Below, piece after piece: positions 63,497 to 64,000 of a stretch of 64,000 nt of DNA. Source of the stretch: Cycas panzhihuaensis (lineage: Eukaryota > Plantae > Cycadophyta); assembly GCA_023213395.1 (NCBI GenBank), contig CM041465.1, positions 182,907,741 through 182,971,740 on the forward strand. Direction: 5' to 3'. A program made the position numbers and the translations under genes. The notes beneath the pieces were generated by a model, which did not search any database, was not told the DNA's origin, and worked only from the letters and a program-made list of their open reading frames with translations. The stretch's first letter is position 1; each line of letters starts with the position of its first letter.

Positions 63497-64000
63497 ATAA
63501 TCTCCAATGCATTCTCCATGATTTCTTTCTTACGGAGTGGCAATTTTGTTTCCTAGACCTAATCTCTAGGGATACTCTCAGTGAGTTCCTTTTCTTCTTT
63601 CTCAAATTTGGCGGATGGTTGAAAAAGATCTTAGTTGGGTAGGTGTACCTCTAAAGAAGATGAGGAAGGTTTGTTACTTCCTTCCTCGGTGGGATGGGGT
63701 GGGGAAGGGCAATCTACCTCAAGACCCATCTTTGGAGGTAGAGGGAAGGTTAGGGTTAGAGGGGTTGGGGTATTAGGAGGTGAATTAGGGTAAGGGTTTG
63801 GGTTAAAAGGGGTATTTGGGTTTGGGTCTAGGTTTTTAATGTTATTATGAACACTCGTATAATCAACAAATTTAGATTTAATATCAACTTCCTCAGTTAC
63901 ATTCCGAGAAAGTAGGTTACACCTATAGGATGAGGGGTTGACTTCATATGCGTCCCGTAGCCAATAATCCACAAATCTCATCCTGTTTCCATCGTCTACA

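Larger units (their letters stand above)
61800..64000 (-). mobile_element. Internally deleted gypsy derivative (3' LTR 61800-62806, PPT, mini-ORF, GPY/F ORF), running off the right edge
   Basis: LTR starts TGTTGACTTC, as at 45566. PPT rc TTCCTCCCCCTCTC 62807-62820. 62960-63330 is homologous to 53250-53640. Confidence 0.8.

Noticed and set aside
63745-63830. Interstitial telomeric repeat
   Set aside because: The units are irregular and are explained by Pro/Asn codons on the opposite strand.

Overview
AT-rich, heavily C-to-T-deaminated land-plant nuclear DNA; the species cannot be determined from sequence alone. About 90% is nested retroelements. These are one near-full-length decayed L1 LINE (-, ~3.3-11.4 kb), five Ty1/copia elements and several Athila/Tat-like Ty3/gypsy remnants, one carrying a 368-codon extra ORF after pol. 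The copia elements are N (non-autonomous gag-only, 7983-10951 -), A (17436-25046 +), B (25279-33820 -), C (old, ~33826-39090 -) and D (46472-51597 -). The only recognisable host coding sequence is the terminal exon of a FAHD1-like (fumarylacetoacetate hydrolase domain) gene at 42631-42743 (-). Its upstream exon was not found in the remaining 21 kb. The most interesting signals are non-coding. (1) A GC-rich, apparently structured island of ~300-450 nt, with the same ordered motifs, lies upstream of gag in three different copia families (A, B, C) and is absent from the non-autonomous element N. (2) All five copia elements carry a stem-loop that holds the PPT/LTR junction in its loop, built from different sequences in each. 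(3) Element A has an array of AAAA-bulged hairpins in its 3' UTR. (4) Element B has a higher-order repeat and a tRNA T-arm relic in its leader. All alignments and mismatch counts were made by eye.
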